Source of the DNA: Flaccisagitta enflata
Taxonomy: Eukaryota
Direction of reading: 5' to 3'
Assembly (NCBI GenBank): GCA_965153355.1
Contig: OZ231126.1
Span: forward strand, 25,048,001 to 25,112,000
DNA: 64,000 nt
Position 1 is the first letter of the stretch, and each line of letters opens with the position of its first letter. Below, piece after piece: positions 26,935-39,745 of this stretch. The position numbers and the translations under genes are program-made. The notes below the pieces were generated by a model. The model did not search any database and had not been told where the DNA came from. It saw nothing but the letters and a program-made list of their open reading frames with translations.

Positions 26935-27458
26935 TTGAGCAGGCCGGGAAGGCGGTGACCTATGAGTCGACATAGGGCAATTTCTCCGGTTTCCGTCCGT
27001 CCGTCCGTCCGTCCCCAGCCTCAAATAAAGCCTCTCAGACCCCAAATCAGGCCTTTTCGACTCCAAATCAGACCTTTCTGACCCCAAACCAGGCTTCTCA
27101 GACCTCAGATCAGGCCTCCCAGACCTCAAATCAGGCCTCTCAGACCCCAAATCAGGCCTCCCAGACCCCAGATCAGGCTTCTCAGACCCCAAATTGGGCC
27201 TCTCAGATCCAAACAGGCCTCAGACCCCATGTCAGGCTTTTCAGACCCCAAATTAGACCCTAAACCACGCCTCTCACACCCTAAATCAGGCCTCTCAGCC
27301 CTCCAAACCAGCTTCTCAAACCGGAGAAAATTGTCCTATGTGGAATCATAGGTCATCGGCCCCTCCGGGGCCGCTGCCCCTCTCATAATCTCATTCCCAC
27401 ACACACTAACTTAGGGGCATCGGGTACCGCTGACCATGTAACGCTTTTGCGACTATTT
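26935..27458 (+). mobile_element. Family B HINE-like element inside a (TTC/TTTTTC)n field
   Basis: TGACCTATGAGTCGACATAGGGCAATTTCTCCGG is inverted at ~27320-27355; (CAGACCCCAAATCAGGCCTCT)n; tail ...CGCTTTTGCGACTATTT. Confidence 0.8.
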
Positions 27459-28847
27459 CTTCTTCTTCTTCTTCTCCTTCTTTTTCTTTTTCTTTTTCTT
27501 TTTCTTTTTTTTTCTTTTTCTTCTTCTTCTTCTTCTTCTTCTTCTTCTTCTTCTTTTTCTTTTTCTTTTTCTTTTTCTTTTTCTTTTTCTTTTTCTTCTT
27601 CTTTTTCTTTTTCTTCTTCTTCTTCTTCTTCTTCTTCTTCTTCTTTTTCTTTTTCTTTTTCTTTTTCTTTTTCTTTTTCTTTTTCTTTTTCTTTTTCTTT
27701 TTCTTTTTCTTTTTCTTTTTCTTTTTCTTCTTCTTCTTCTTTTTCTTTTTCTTTTTCTTTTTCTTTTTCTTCTTCTTCTTCTTCTTCTTCTTCTTCTTCT
27801 TCTTCTCCCTCTTTGTCCTCTCTCAACCTAGGGGAAATTCCAGATTTCCCAGTCGTCTTTTCTTTGGCGGATTTTCTTTCCTCCCTCGTCTCTCTCTGTT
27901 AATACGCGAAGGTTTTCCAATTTCCAAATTGAATGGAAATCGTGAACTCATCTTCGTCTCAGTATCCGCCCTCAAGGTCTGTCTAGTAGACAGTGACTAC
28001 ATTTTTACGTTTCCCCCTTTTTTTTCCCACTCTAACCCAACTCTGTTGCTCGGTTTCTATGGGTAATTCGATACGTTGGCCAAATTCCATATCGGGTATT
28101 TAAAAAGAAATGGCCTTGTCAGTAGGTGCCTATACATCATGGAGTTAGATCTGGAAGGCCAGAGCGTAATCTATCAGTTACCGTATTTATTCCTGTAGCG
28201 TCAATTCTCATCTTATGTATTTGACATGAACATGGAAATATGAGAACCAATCTTTAAAGGGTGATTATTTTCGCTTTATTTTTATAAGCACTGACAAAGA
28301 CAATGAAAAAATCGTTTCATTTTCAAGGATCACTTGTCACAAATCCTTAATCAGAGCATATATGTGTTATTATCAGAGGAGCAAAAGCGGGAGGGCTTGA
28401 ATTGGAGGGGGGGAGTGATAAAAGAAAAAATAAAACTGTAGTTAAGTTGCGTGTAGGGGACCGCATGCGTGACTGTGCTTTCGTTCGTCCATCTATCCAT
28501 CTGCCCGTCCATCTTCCTATCTGTCCGTCCATTCATTCGTCCATCTGACTGTGCGTTTGTCCACCAGTCTGCTCATCAATCCGTTTATTTTCATTTCCAT
28601 TTTCCCATCCATCAGTCGTCTTTCCATCTGTCTGTATTTCCATCCATCCCTCCGTCACTCCGTCCACCCGTCCTTCCTTCCCTATGTCCGTACATAGTAT
28701 GCTGTTTTTCGTGTTCGCTTATCATTTTGTAGAGTTGAGGCAACTTCAGTTACTGATGATGGCAAAATCGTGCCAACATGCGAATCGCCACACCGCCGTC
28801 AATAAGAACTCCACTGGATTTTCAGACAGACAGTAGCTTTTGGAAAA

Positions 28848-29280
28848 AAACAAGGCCGGATACACGGCTACCCAAGTCGCGTGCGGGTGGGCAGGGGCCG
28901 TAATTGAGGTCACCAGATCATTTGGGCAGGAGCAGTGAAGCCAAAAATCCCAAAAACCCAAAAAAAAGAAAAGTGTGACGGACGGACGGACGGACAGACC
29001 GATGGACGGACGGACGGACGGACCGACGGACGGACGGACCGACAAAGCGGGTTGTAGAGTCGCGTAGCACGCGACTAAAAATTGTTGATCGAAAAACAAA
29101 AAAAAGGGTAGAAACAAGGCCGGATACACGGCCACCAGTTGCGGACGGGTGGGCAGGGGCGGAAATGCATGTTTTCCCACTTTTCAACTCGAGCGTGACG
29201 GACCAACGGACCGACCGACGGACGGACGGACGGACGGACGGACAAAGCCTCTTATAGAGTTGCGTGTCCGCAACTAAAAA
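28848..29280 (-). mobile_element. Two adjacent family A HINE-like elements (28848-29080, 29112-29280)
   Basis: Each has AACAAGGCCGGATACACGGC, (GACG)n and a terminal hairpin plus AAAAA. Confidence 0.8.
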
Positions 29281-29783
29281 TTGTCGGCGTTGATTTATGG
29301 AAAATTTTGGCCTAGCCAAGTTTTGCCTACAAAAGTGAGGCAATTCAAAACTCGTAAAACGTCTGCCAAAAAGCTTTGAAAAACGATCCTCGTAACGCAA
29401 ACGCAAACGTCATTCAGTTGTCAGTCCGTTCAAACACACTTTTGGGTGATAACTGTTGCTTCCCTTCCAGGCGCTTGTACTTTCTGTCTGTTTTTTTTTC
29501 CCAATAAGCTTATCTTTGAGTCTGTGTACTTTGAAGGAAAATACATACTGGTGTGGCCCTTTCTATCAGTCTGTCCGTTTGCAGGGCAACAGTAACCACT
29601 GTCCATCCATTCTTCTCTCTCGTCTTTTCCTGTGCACATTGACAATTTCTTCCACCCCCATCCTTCCTCTCTATCACCAACATCTATCATTTTTATAGCT
29701 GTTGCACTCCATGGATCTTCATGCTGGGCATTGAATCAGCCTCACCAGTAATTGCCATTCAGTTTATTTCGTTTTTTAAAAAA

Positions 29784-29836
<53 letters not shown>

Positions 29837-30811
29837 TTTTTCTCTCTTTATTCGTATCTCTTTGGCTTGTCTCTTTCATTCGTCTCGTCCGCCTCTTTGC
29901 CTCTCATTTGGCTCCATCGCCTTCTTTCTTCTCTTCCATCTTTCCCATCCATCTCTTTTTTCTCTCCTTTGTCTTCTTCTTCTTTATCTTCTACTTCTTT
30001 TTCTTGTTCTTCTCCCTCTTGTTCTTGTTCTTTTTCTTTTCCTTTTCCTTTTCCTTTTCCTTTTCCTTTTCCTTTTCCTTTTCCTTTTCCTTTTCCTTTT
30101 CTTTTTCTTTTTCTTTTTCTTTTTTCTTTTTCCTTTTCTTTTTCTTCTTCTTCTTCTTCTTCTTCTTCTTCTTCTTCTTCTTCTTCTTCTTCTTCTTCTT
30201 CTTCTTCTTCTTCTTCTTCTTTTTCTTCTTCTTCTTCTTTTTCTTCTTTTCTGTTTCTTTCTCTTTTTCATTTCTTTTTATTCCTTTTTTGTCTCTTTTT
30301 TCTGCTTTTCCACCTTCTTCTTTCTTTGATATCTTCTTCTCTTTTACAAGCTTTTTAGTTTTCTTCCATTTTTTCTCCTCCTCATCATCTTCCACCACGT
30401 TTTCCCCCCATCCAAGTTTTTTTCTCCTCCATCCTTTTGTGTGTGTCTCTAAAAACGTCTTTACTCTTTAGAAATGGAATAGTTTATGCGCGACCCCGGC
30501 CACATAACGACCTATGCGTCTCTCTATCACCCTCCCCCCCCCAACTCACCCTCTTTTACTCTCCCTCTCTTGTTGAAGCACCCATCATCCAATCATTTCC
30601 CCATTGCATTTCTGCCATCATTCTCCTACTTCAACTCTTTATAGATTTAGTCTCCTTTTTCTGTCTTTTCGTCTTTTCGTGAAGTTGTGTCTCTACCTAT
30701 ATTTATGTTGTTTGTCTGTTTGTTTTTCTGTCAGCCCGTATTTCTTTCCATCTGTCCTAGTCTCGCTGGCTGGCTGTGACTGTATTAGTGTCTCTATCGG
30801 TCGGTCGGTCG

Positions 30812-30922
<111 letters not shown>

Positions 30923-31419
30923 AGCGCGCCATCTCTCTATGCAAAAACTTGTCTTTTGTTCTCAATTTCTTTTATTCCCTCGATCTCTCTCCATTTCTTT
31001 TGACTCTTAGTTAGGTCCTCTGACATTTTTTTCTCAAGATTTTTTTTCTCTTCAGCTTCATATCCTCTTCATTACTTCATCTTACCTCTTCTCTTTTTTT
31101 TCTCTCTCTTTGAGCAGCGGTCTCGAAGTCAAAGTGTTTCTGATCATTTGGTTTTTTTTTTTCATATGTTTATTTCTTTATCTGTTAGTTTGATTTATAC
31201 AAAAACGAGAGCAAGAACTTAGTATGTCATAAATGTCTTTCTGAAACTTGCTTGTTCTTTAGTCGATTTTACATTCAATCTCGCCTATTTCTTCGTCAAG
31301 CCCCAACAGTACCTCAAGGCTCAACTAAAGAGTCTTGTTATCCGATGCTAAAGAATGTAAATCTGGCAAATGGGGAGACACGTACCCTGAAATTACTATT
31401 GCCATCAGGTAAAAGGTGT

Positions 31420-31494
<75 letters not shown>

Positions 31495-31503
31495 GTCTTT
31501 ATT

Positions 31504-31635
<132 letters not shown>

Positions 31636-31877
31636 TTTCTTTTTTTCTTTCCTTATTTTTCATTCATTCATCTGATTTTGAGTATTCTAGCTCATCTAGC
31701 TCATTTGGCTCGGTCCTGTTTCCCCCTGATTTTCAGTGCTATTAATGCACACAATCATTTTTGATTAAATCTAACAAATGAAAAAAAGGCAATGAGTGAT
31801 GACAAAAGCTTGGTGGAAAGTGGCCAAAATGCTTACGACTTTTTTCCTCACGGCGATTGTCGCCGTTACTGGTAATA

Positions 31878-32478
31878 ACAGTAGCACAAAAAAAAAACGG
31901 AACAAAATGTTTTTCAAAGATTCAGATTCATCCAATGAAAAAAACATAGCAAAATCTGTGACCGTTAGAAAGCTCTGCGAAAGATCTTCAAAATGAGACC
32001 ATGCTGGTTGTTCTGTCTTTATTCGTTTAGAAATGACATAACAATGAAAAAGAGGTGGTCATGAATGTGAAAGTTGAAGTCGCAGAAGTTGTTCCTCTTT
32101 GTTATTTGATAATAATGGTGGGAAATAATAATAATTTAAACTTTTTTCTTGAGTGATTTTAAAGATTTTTTAATTTTCTTTCATTCTAGACCAATCCCAG
32201 ATCTGTATCTCAAACGGTTTAAAAGTTACAGCTTGTCAAAGTTAACTACTTTATTTTCAAAATTTTTTTATTCAATCGGACCGCTAATTGAATAGGGCAA
32301 TGTTTTCATTCATTCTTATGCCATTTCTAAACGGATAAAGCTAGAATGACCAGCAACGTCGCATATAAAAGATCTTTTGCAGAGCTTTCTAACGGTCATG
32401 AATTTTCCATAGCTAGAGTCTTCACTTTAGCGAAAAATTATCAAAACAAGTTGTTCCGTTTTTTTTTTGTGCTACTGT
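31878..32478. mobile_element. Tc1/mariner-type MITE, TA TSD, related to 24638-25011
   Basis: TA|ACAGTAGCACAAAAAAAAAACGGAACAA ... TTGTTCCGTTTTTTTTTTGTGCTACTGT|TA; inner IR; shares AGACCAATCCCAGATCTGTATCT with the 24.7-kb element. Confidence 0.8.
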
Positions 32479-33297
32479 TACACTAACGTACTCAGCTGTC
32501 AGTGCTTCTCTTCACTTCACCGGCCTTTTAAACGGATCCTAGTTGTGAGAAAAAAGCGTGTCTATCTAAGAATTCGTACTCATTGGATGGTAGTTGGCAT
32601 CTCGGCATCTCGGCCCATCATCCATTCATATCTTTTCTCTTCCTTTGGTAAATCTACAGCCCTTATATTAAAGCGGGCCCGCGGGCCTAAAGCCCTCATT
32701 TTGGCCGTCGGGCCCACTAGTCTCTCCAACTGCGGGTCCGACAGGCCCGCTCTTATTCTGCTTAGCATTTTTTCATGAATGCTGAAATGGTGATATTTGT
32801 TTTTTTTTTTTTTTTAACTCGCTTATGCAAATTTTGAGTTTTTTTGTTTGTTTTTTTTTTTATTGTCAATCATGACGCAATCATAGCAATTTCACAATTG
32901 GGCTTCATGGCTTTAGCATCATGAAACAAATCAAAAGATTTTATTCTCTTCCATTTTTAGCAAGTTTTTTAGAACAACGTAGCATGTGTTAGAGCTGTCA
33001 AACAAAAAGGCTGACAAAATTTGGGAAAACATAAAAATGATCAAACATTCAAAATCGTGCAAAGAATGTAAAGGGAACTTCATGACGAACAAACAAATTG
33101 ACAGACTGATGGACCAAGAGAAAGAAAAAGTGAGTTCTAGTCATGTAGCATGCGACTAGATATACATTCATTTTTTGCCACCTTTCTCTAATTGTTTGCT
33201 TATAGTCTAGAAAGAAAACAACTGTTTGGTTGTAACATTGAACGTGGAGATTTGTTTAGCAGAAAAATGGTACTTTTGTCGGGTCACTGAAAAAATC

Positions 33298-33627
33298 CAG
33301 GCCTGTATATCATTGAGTTTTCCCCCCCCCCCCGCCGATGGGGGGGGAAAAGAATCAAAGGGTCTGGAGATGGGGAGGGAAATCAAAGGGGGAAATAAGA
33401 GAAAAAAAGGAAATTTGGGGAAAATATAACTTTTGACAGTACAAAATCATAAAACACAATTAGTAAAACACAATTTAACACTATTGAAACCTTAACTTCA
33501 TTGTTTTATTGCTATATGAAGAAGAAAATCATAGATATAAAAATGCGATTCGACGCATCGCGGGGAAGAAAATCAAAGGCGGGGGGGGGGGGAAAAATCA
33601 AAAGCGACTCAATAATATACACCCCTG
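33298..33627. mobile_element. hAT-type MITE with perfect 8-bp TSD
   Basis: AAAAAATC|CAGGCCTGTATAT ... ATATACACCCCTG|AAAAAATC. Confidence 0.85.
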
Positions 33628-33860
33628 AAAAAATCACTAAGCTATGGGCTGTAAATTCATCGCATCTATGTGCAGTTTTTATGTAAAGATGTGACAAACT
33701 AGCATTCACAAATTCTACGTAGTTACCAAGAAAATTTTCTGTCAATTCGCTCTGAGACGATGAAACAACACAAAATCTACCAAGTACAAAACATGATTAA
33801 CCGTTGTTAAAATTTCTATTCGTTTTCTTGCTGTTGTTGCTTTTGTTTTAGAGGTTAACT

Positions 33861-34938
<1,078 letters not shown>

Positions 34939-36336
34939 TGCCAAAACATCGTAAACCTTCAATTCATTGACGCCTGCGCCAACGCTCCGTCGGCCGTCCG
35001 AATGTTCGTCTGTTGATCCGCTAGAAGTTTCTGTATCACTGATACAGTATCAGACTGATACTATCAGTAAATATAAATACTTCGCTCACTGAAGTTTGGT
35101 GCAGTCAACTGATTTGTTTCGCGTTGGCCTTTTGTTTTCGTGCCTTCGGGAATAGATGGCGCCAAAGGCTGGCACGATAAAAACGAGACGGCGATGCCAG
35201 AAAAAACGCCGCGAGGCAACGGTAGAAAAAAAGAACGAAAACAAAAGAAAAGAAAGAATTCTAAGAAAGAAAATGTAGAAACAAAGAAGGGTTAAATTGT
35301 AAATGTAAGCGGCTCACGATTCATAGGGGATTTTAAAGTGGTTCTAAATTGCATAAATCGAGTGGTCTTAAAAAAGTGACGGTTGTTAGTCAGCATGGAA
35401 AATGAACCGATGGACCTACTGCGTGCGATGGGCCCGTTTATCCTAGCGCTGACATGTTGAGAATCGCATGTGTCAATGAATGATAGAAATGCATTTAGGA
35501 TGGAGGAGCAGCCAAAAAGTAAACAAAGTCAGTAATAGAAGCATTTATTTGGTTGGCATCTAGGAAACACAACGACACAAAGAAGCAGACGTTGGGGTTT
35601 CTGTTTTTTAAATTTTGTTGCAAGTAAAGCCATCATAAATCACTCAATGGTTTTGAATTGAATCTGGATAACTGAGTAACAAGCTTAAGTTCCACGGCTT
35701 TGAGGCTATAAACCGATGAATGAAGGAGTGGATGAGTTCAAGAGAGGATAAGTTGGTTAGTCGAAGAGTCGGTGTGATGCAAGCAGAAGCGGTCCCTTGG
35801 GCCGAGGGAGGAAAGATTTGGCAAATGAAAAACTCAAACTGGCGCCAAGGTTGCATCCCAGAGAGAAGGTTAGGCAGAGGGAAGGAGAGGGAGAGGGGGA
35901 GAGAGAAGGGGAGGAAGAGAGGGAGACAGAAGGAGAGAAAGGAAGATAGAGAGGGAGAGATAACTAGATGGAGAGTGGAAGAGAGGAAGAGGCAGAGAGA
36001 AAGAGAATTTGTAAATCTATGTTACAGGTTTTCACGTCTATGATAAAGAAGGCATGGGCCTTCGAAAATTCGGCATAATTGTGTTTTTATTCTTGAGAGA
36101 AAGAAAGGGAGAGAGGAAGACAGGCACACAGAAAAAGGGGGAGGGAGGGAGAGAAGGACAGTTGTTTAGAGTTACTATGATAGAAAATTCTCTCACTATC
36201 AAGTCTATCGAGTCTTTACAATTTCCACAATGACGATGTGTTGCTTAGATTAAGTACAGATTGATTTTGTTAGGATATTGGGCTCTAAATTAGAGAGTAT
36301 AATTATGCAAATGGATTATGAAAAGTGCCTGGAATT

Positions 36337-36342
36337 TTTATT
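36337..36342 (-). terminator. Candidate polyadenylation signal of double-WAP gene
   Basis: AATAAA about 90 nt past the TGA stop. Confidence 0.55.
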
Positions 36343-36428
36343 CTATTCAAAAGCCTAAAACGAAGCCGAACTGCATCACGGTGATATGCTTTTCGGCAAA
36401 ATAGCAATACTCTGGCTGTATAACAACT

Positions 36429-36535
36429 TCATTTGCCGCTGGGTGGTGTCGTTATCGCGTTGGTTGGCTGTGGTTGTATGATACAAGGTGGAAGGCACGC
36501 GGCACCACAATCGTGTCTGCAACACTTCCATCCGA
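36429..36535 (-). CDS. Exon 3 (last) of secreted double-WAP-domain protein
   Basis: tttttttgtctgtgtgtttcAG acceptor, phase 1. (I)GWKCCRHDCGAACLPPCIIQPQPTNAITTPPSGK* completes the WAP KCC..CG..C motif. Confidence 0.9.
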
Positions 36536-36760
36536 CTGAAACACACAGACAAAAAAAAAGATTTTGGGGCTGATCACGGTGATATGCTATTATATTCTAG
36601 TAGTTACCATGTGCAAATTCAGTCGCGTCTATTGGGCGTGAGCGAGGCTATTCGATAAATAGACAGGCAAAATGACAGCATAAACGACTGGCCAGGCAGT
36701 CAAAGCCAGGTGCAGAGATGCGTTCACGAGAATAAGAATCGCTCACTATTTATGCATCGA

Positions 36761-37315
36761 TTTTTAGTCGCGTGCTACGCGACTCTACACCCCGCTTTGT
36801 CCGTCGGTCGGTTGGTCGGTCGGTCGGTCGGTTGGTCACACTTTACTTTTTTTATTCGTTTTATTCCTACTAACTCATTTTAAGTCAATTAGGTCATTCA
36901 AGGTAAAATTAGATCATTTTAAGTCATTTTAAGTCAGTTTAAGTCAATTTAAGTCATTTGAGTTATTCTAATAGTTTTCATCATTTTAGTGATTTTAGGT
37001 CTGTTTAAGTCAATTTAGGTCAGCTAAATTCAATTTCAGTAATTCTAGGTCAATTTAAGTCATTTAAAGTCATTTTAAGTCAATTTAAGTCAATTTAAGT
37101 CATTTTAGTCACTAAATCGTTTTAGTCATTTTAGGTCAATTCAAGTCAAATAAGGTCATTTTGAGTCATTTCAGGTCATTTTAAATTATTTTAAGTCATG
37201 TTATATAAATCAAATTCAATAAAAGTCATTTTAGTTATGTGGTTATGTAATAAAAACTAATAAAGTAATTACAAATTTAAGTCTCGCACGCGACTTATAG
37301 GTGTTGGCCTTGTTT
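36761..37315 (+). mobile_element. Complete family A HINE-like element in WAP intron 2
   Basis: TTTTTAGTCGCGTGCTACGCGACT, (GGTC)n, (AAGTCATTTT)n, GCACGCGACTTATAGGTGTTGGCCTTGTTT. Confidence 0.85.
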
Positions 37316-37348
37316 ATTAAAGGTTTGACCTATGAAATGTCAACTTAC

Positions 37349-37526
37349 TTCGACAATGAATATCGTCTTGGCACTCGAAGACGCCGCAACCGCGTCCACC
37401 GTATCCTAATTGACCGGGTTGAGGACAAGTTCCAGGTCTTTGAATGGTCTGTAGAATATCCGCGGTGCATCGATACTGACTGTACGGCGCAGATCCAACG
37501 GAACAGCACTTGGCAGTACCAGCGCA
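37349..37526 (-). CDS. Exon 2 of double-WAP gene
   Basis: ctccctttaAG acceptor (phase 0), A|GTAAGT donor (phase 1), 178 nt. CAGTAKCCSVGSAPYSQYRCTADILQTIQRPGTCPQPGQLGYGGRGCGVFECQDDIHCR. Confidence 0.9.
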
Positions 37527-37751
37527 CTTAAAGGGAGAGTATGATAACGGCATTAGGCAGAACAACCGATATTCAGTGCCTGAGTTCAAACGCGACATCC
37601 CATGTTCAGACTGATGGGAGTGTCCGTTCATATGTCTGTTGATCAGTCTGTCGATCACTCAGACATTAGTTAAAAAAAGAACAAGGTAAGCACACTACTC
37701 GCACTTGACAGCCTTGATGTTCGTGTCACCATCGCATCAAATATTCTTTGC

Positions 37752-37976
37752 TTTTTAGTTGCGGACACGCAGCTCTAAAAGAAGCTTTGTCCGTCTTTCG
37801 GTCCGTCAGTTGGTCCGTTGGTCCGTCCGTCGGTCCATAACACAGGAGTCAAAAAGTGGAAAAACGAGCGTTTTAGATGGGTTTTTTTGGGTATGTGTGT
37901 TGGTGGGGGAATGGGGTGTGGATGGGGGTTGGATGCCCCTGCCCACCCGTCCGCAACGATATTGTGACCCCGCGTC
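37752..37976 (+). mobile_element. Family A HINE-like element in WAP intron 1
   Basis: TTTTTAGTTGCGGACACGCAGCT, (GTCC)n, GCCCCTGCCCACCCGTCCGCAAC. Confidence 0.7.
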
Positions 37977-38134
37977 TGAAGGTCCATCAAAAGGGACGGA
38001 AACGCGAAATTTTGCATGAAGCAAAATTAATTGAAATAGTGATTTCTGAGCATTTTGACTCCTGGCTAGCCATTTTACATCGCATGCCAGCTCGCAACAC
38101 TGCCCCTACCCACCCACATCACTGCCCCTGCCTA

Positions 38135-38729
38135 CTACCAGAATTTAAAAAAACGCAAGTTTTTCATAGAAGTGGACTACTTTTTTCTTGTGAGCAACAT
38201 TTTGTAAGCTGGTTTGGTTAATTTGAGCTTCCTTGCATCATATTTAAGATTTTTAGTCATAGAAATGAAGTCAATGCGGAGAAATAGCCTTGCAAAAGTT
38301 ACATGTACTTCAGAAATTTTTGCTTTTGATTTTTAGTCAGAGCCCCGGACGATTTTGAAGGTTTTATCATAACCGATCACAGTCAGTGCTTCGTTTTTCA
38401 TCACAGACATTGAGGAACTCAAATATGAGAACTATAAAGGCAGACCGCATGGGTAGAACAATGCCTGATTGCTTATGGCAGTTTAATTAATCCATCACCT
38501 TCAACCAAAAATAACCTTTTTTTCATCTTACTGCATTTTGAAATTTTGACTCCCGCACCTTCATTTGAGTATAACTTCTAAACAAATTGAGCTACAGATG
38601 TGGGATTGCGCTCAAAAGAACGCCCTTGAAAAAATTTTCAATTTGGTCACCAATAAATCATGCCCCATGTGAACCAAAGGTGCAAAAATGAGCGATAGAA
38701 AAACTTGCGTTTTTTTTAAATTCTGGTAG
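38135..38729. mobile_element. Tc1/mariner-type MITE, TA TSD
   Basis: TA|CTACCAGAATTTAAAAAAACGCAAGTTTTTC ... GAAAAACTTGCGTTTTTTTTAAATTCTGGTAG|TA. Confidence 0.85.
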
Positions 38730-38731
38730 TA

Positions 38732-39411
38732 CAGTGGAAATCCGATATAACGGTCTTGAAGGGACTGGGGAATTTTGGTTGTTAAATCCGAATGTTGTTA
38801 AATTGAAATACCAATTATTGATATCAAATAGGCGAACATGTATATTCAATGAATTGCAATGGTTACTGGTTAGGCATTTATGCAATTGGCAAATAAAGAC
38901 AGATTTAGAGATATAGCCTCTGATAGGCCTGCTTTGATATATTTAGGAGGCATCATTGCATACAAAACATTCAATCTATATAGTGAAGTAAAAAAATACT
39001 ACAATAGTAAAATAAAAATTGATTCTGATTCAAATCTTTCTAAACAAAAATAGCTACACATGTGCATTGTTGATTTACTATTTATATTTTTGTCCATATA
39101 TTTGTAGGGTTTTTCAATTTAAAATCTTATTTTATTTAATTATATCAAATGTTGGCAGAATGATTGATGATTATGAAAGATAATTGTCATCAATTTGATC
39201 AAAATATGTATCGATGTCTTTAAATTAGGTGTAAATTTTTCATGGGACCAGAAAATAGTGCCTGTAAATCAGGTTTGGCTGCTAAATTGGGTGTTGTTAA
39301 ATCAGAGAAAATTAACATTGTAAAAGCCTATAAGATTTTGGGACCCAGGCATCATGGTTGCTAAATCAGAAATGCTGCTAAATCAGGTGCCGATAAGACG
39401 GTAGTCCACTG
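38732..39411. mobile_element. pogo/Tigger-like MITE, TA TSD
   Basis: TA|CAGTGGAAATCCGATATAACGG ... CCGATAAGACGGTAGTCCACTG|TA, with subterminal GYTAAATC repeats. Confidence 0.75.
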
Positions 39412-39462
39412 TACCTATAAGCGACTTCTTAGTGGTCTGGTACCCGGCCTTGTTTAACTAAC

Positions 39463-39642
39463 ATCAGCATCGACGCTGCACTCGGACCGACCAAAGGAAA
39501 ACATGGAACCAAATCCACGCGGTCTGTCAGGGTTCCGACAAACACCGGCTTTGGGAGGTCCCGTCGTCTGCCAGAAAAATCCAAATGATCCAAATGGTAG
39601 AACGGCCAAGATCAAGGCCGAAGTATAGATCACCAAATACAT
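39463..39642 (-). CDS. Exon 1 of double-WAP gene (signal peptide + start of WAP1)
   Basis: MYLVIYTSALILAVLPFGSFGFFWQTTGPPKAGVCRNPDRPRGFGSMFSFGRSECSVDAD, GAT|GTTAGT donor in phase 0 matching exon 2. Confidence 0.9.
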
Positions 39643-39690
39643 GGTTCAAATGGATTTGTCGTGGCAATTTTGTGCGTAGGTTCTTGTCTC

Positions 39691-39745
39691 GAATGAAAAA
39701 TATGATTATAATCTACTTATTTCAAGTTAATGCATATCATTTATA
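39691..39745 (-). promoter_or_regulatory. Candidate core promoter of double-WAP gene
   Basis: TATAAA (39745-39740) and TCATTC (39696-39691); the spacing is longer than canonical. Confidence 0.35.

Noticed and set aside
32580-32768. 62-aa minus-strand ORF
   Set aside because: It overlaps GC-rich inverted motifs (AAGCGGGCC...GGCCCGCT) that look like a TE end; no protein similarity recognised.
37301-37531. Plus-strand 76-aa ORF
   Set aside because: Antisense shadow of WAP exon 2, starting inside a HINE end.
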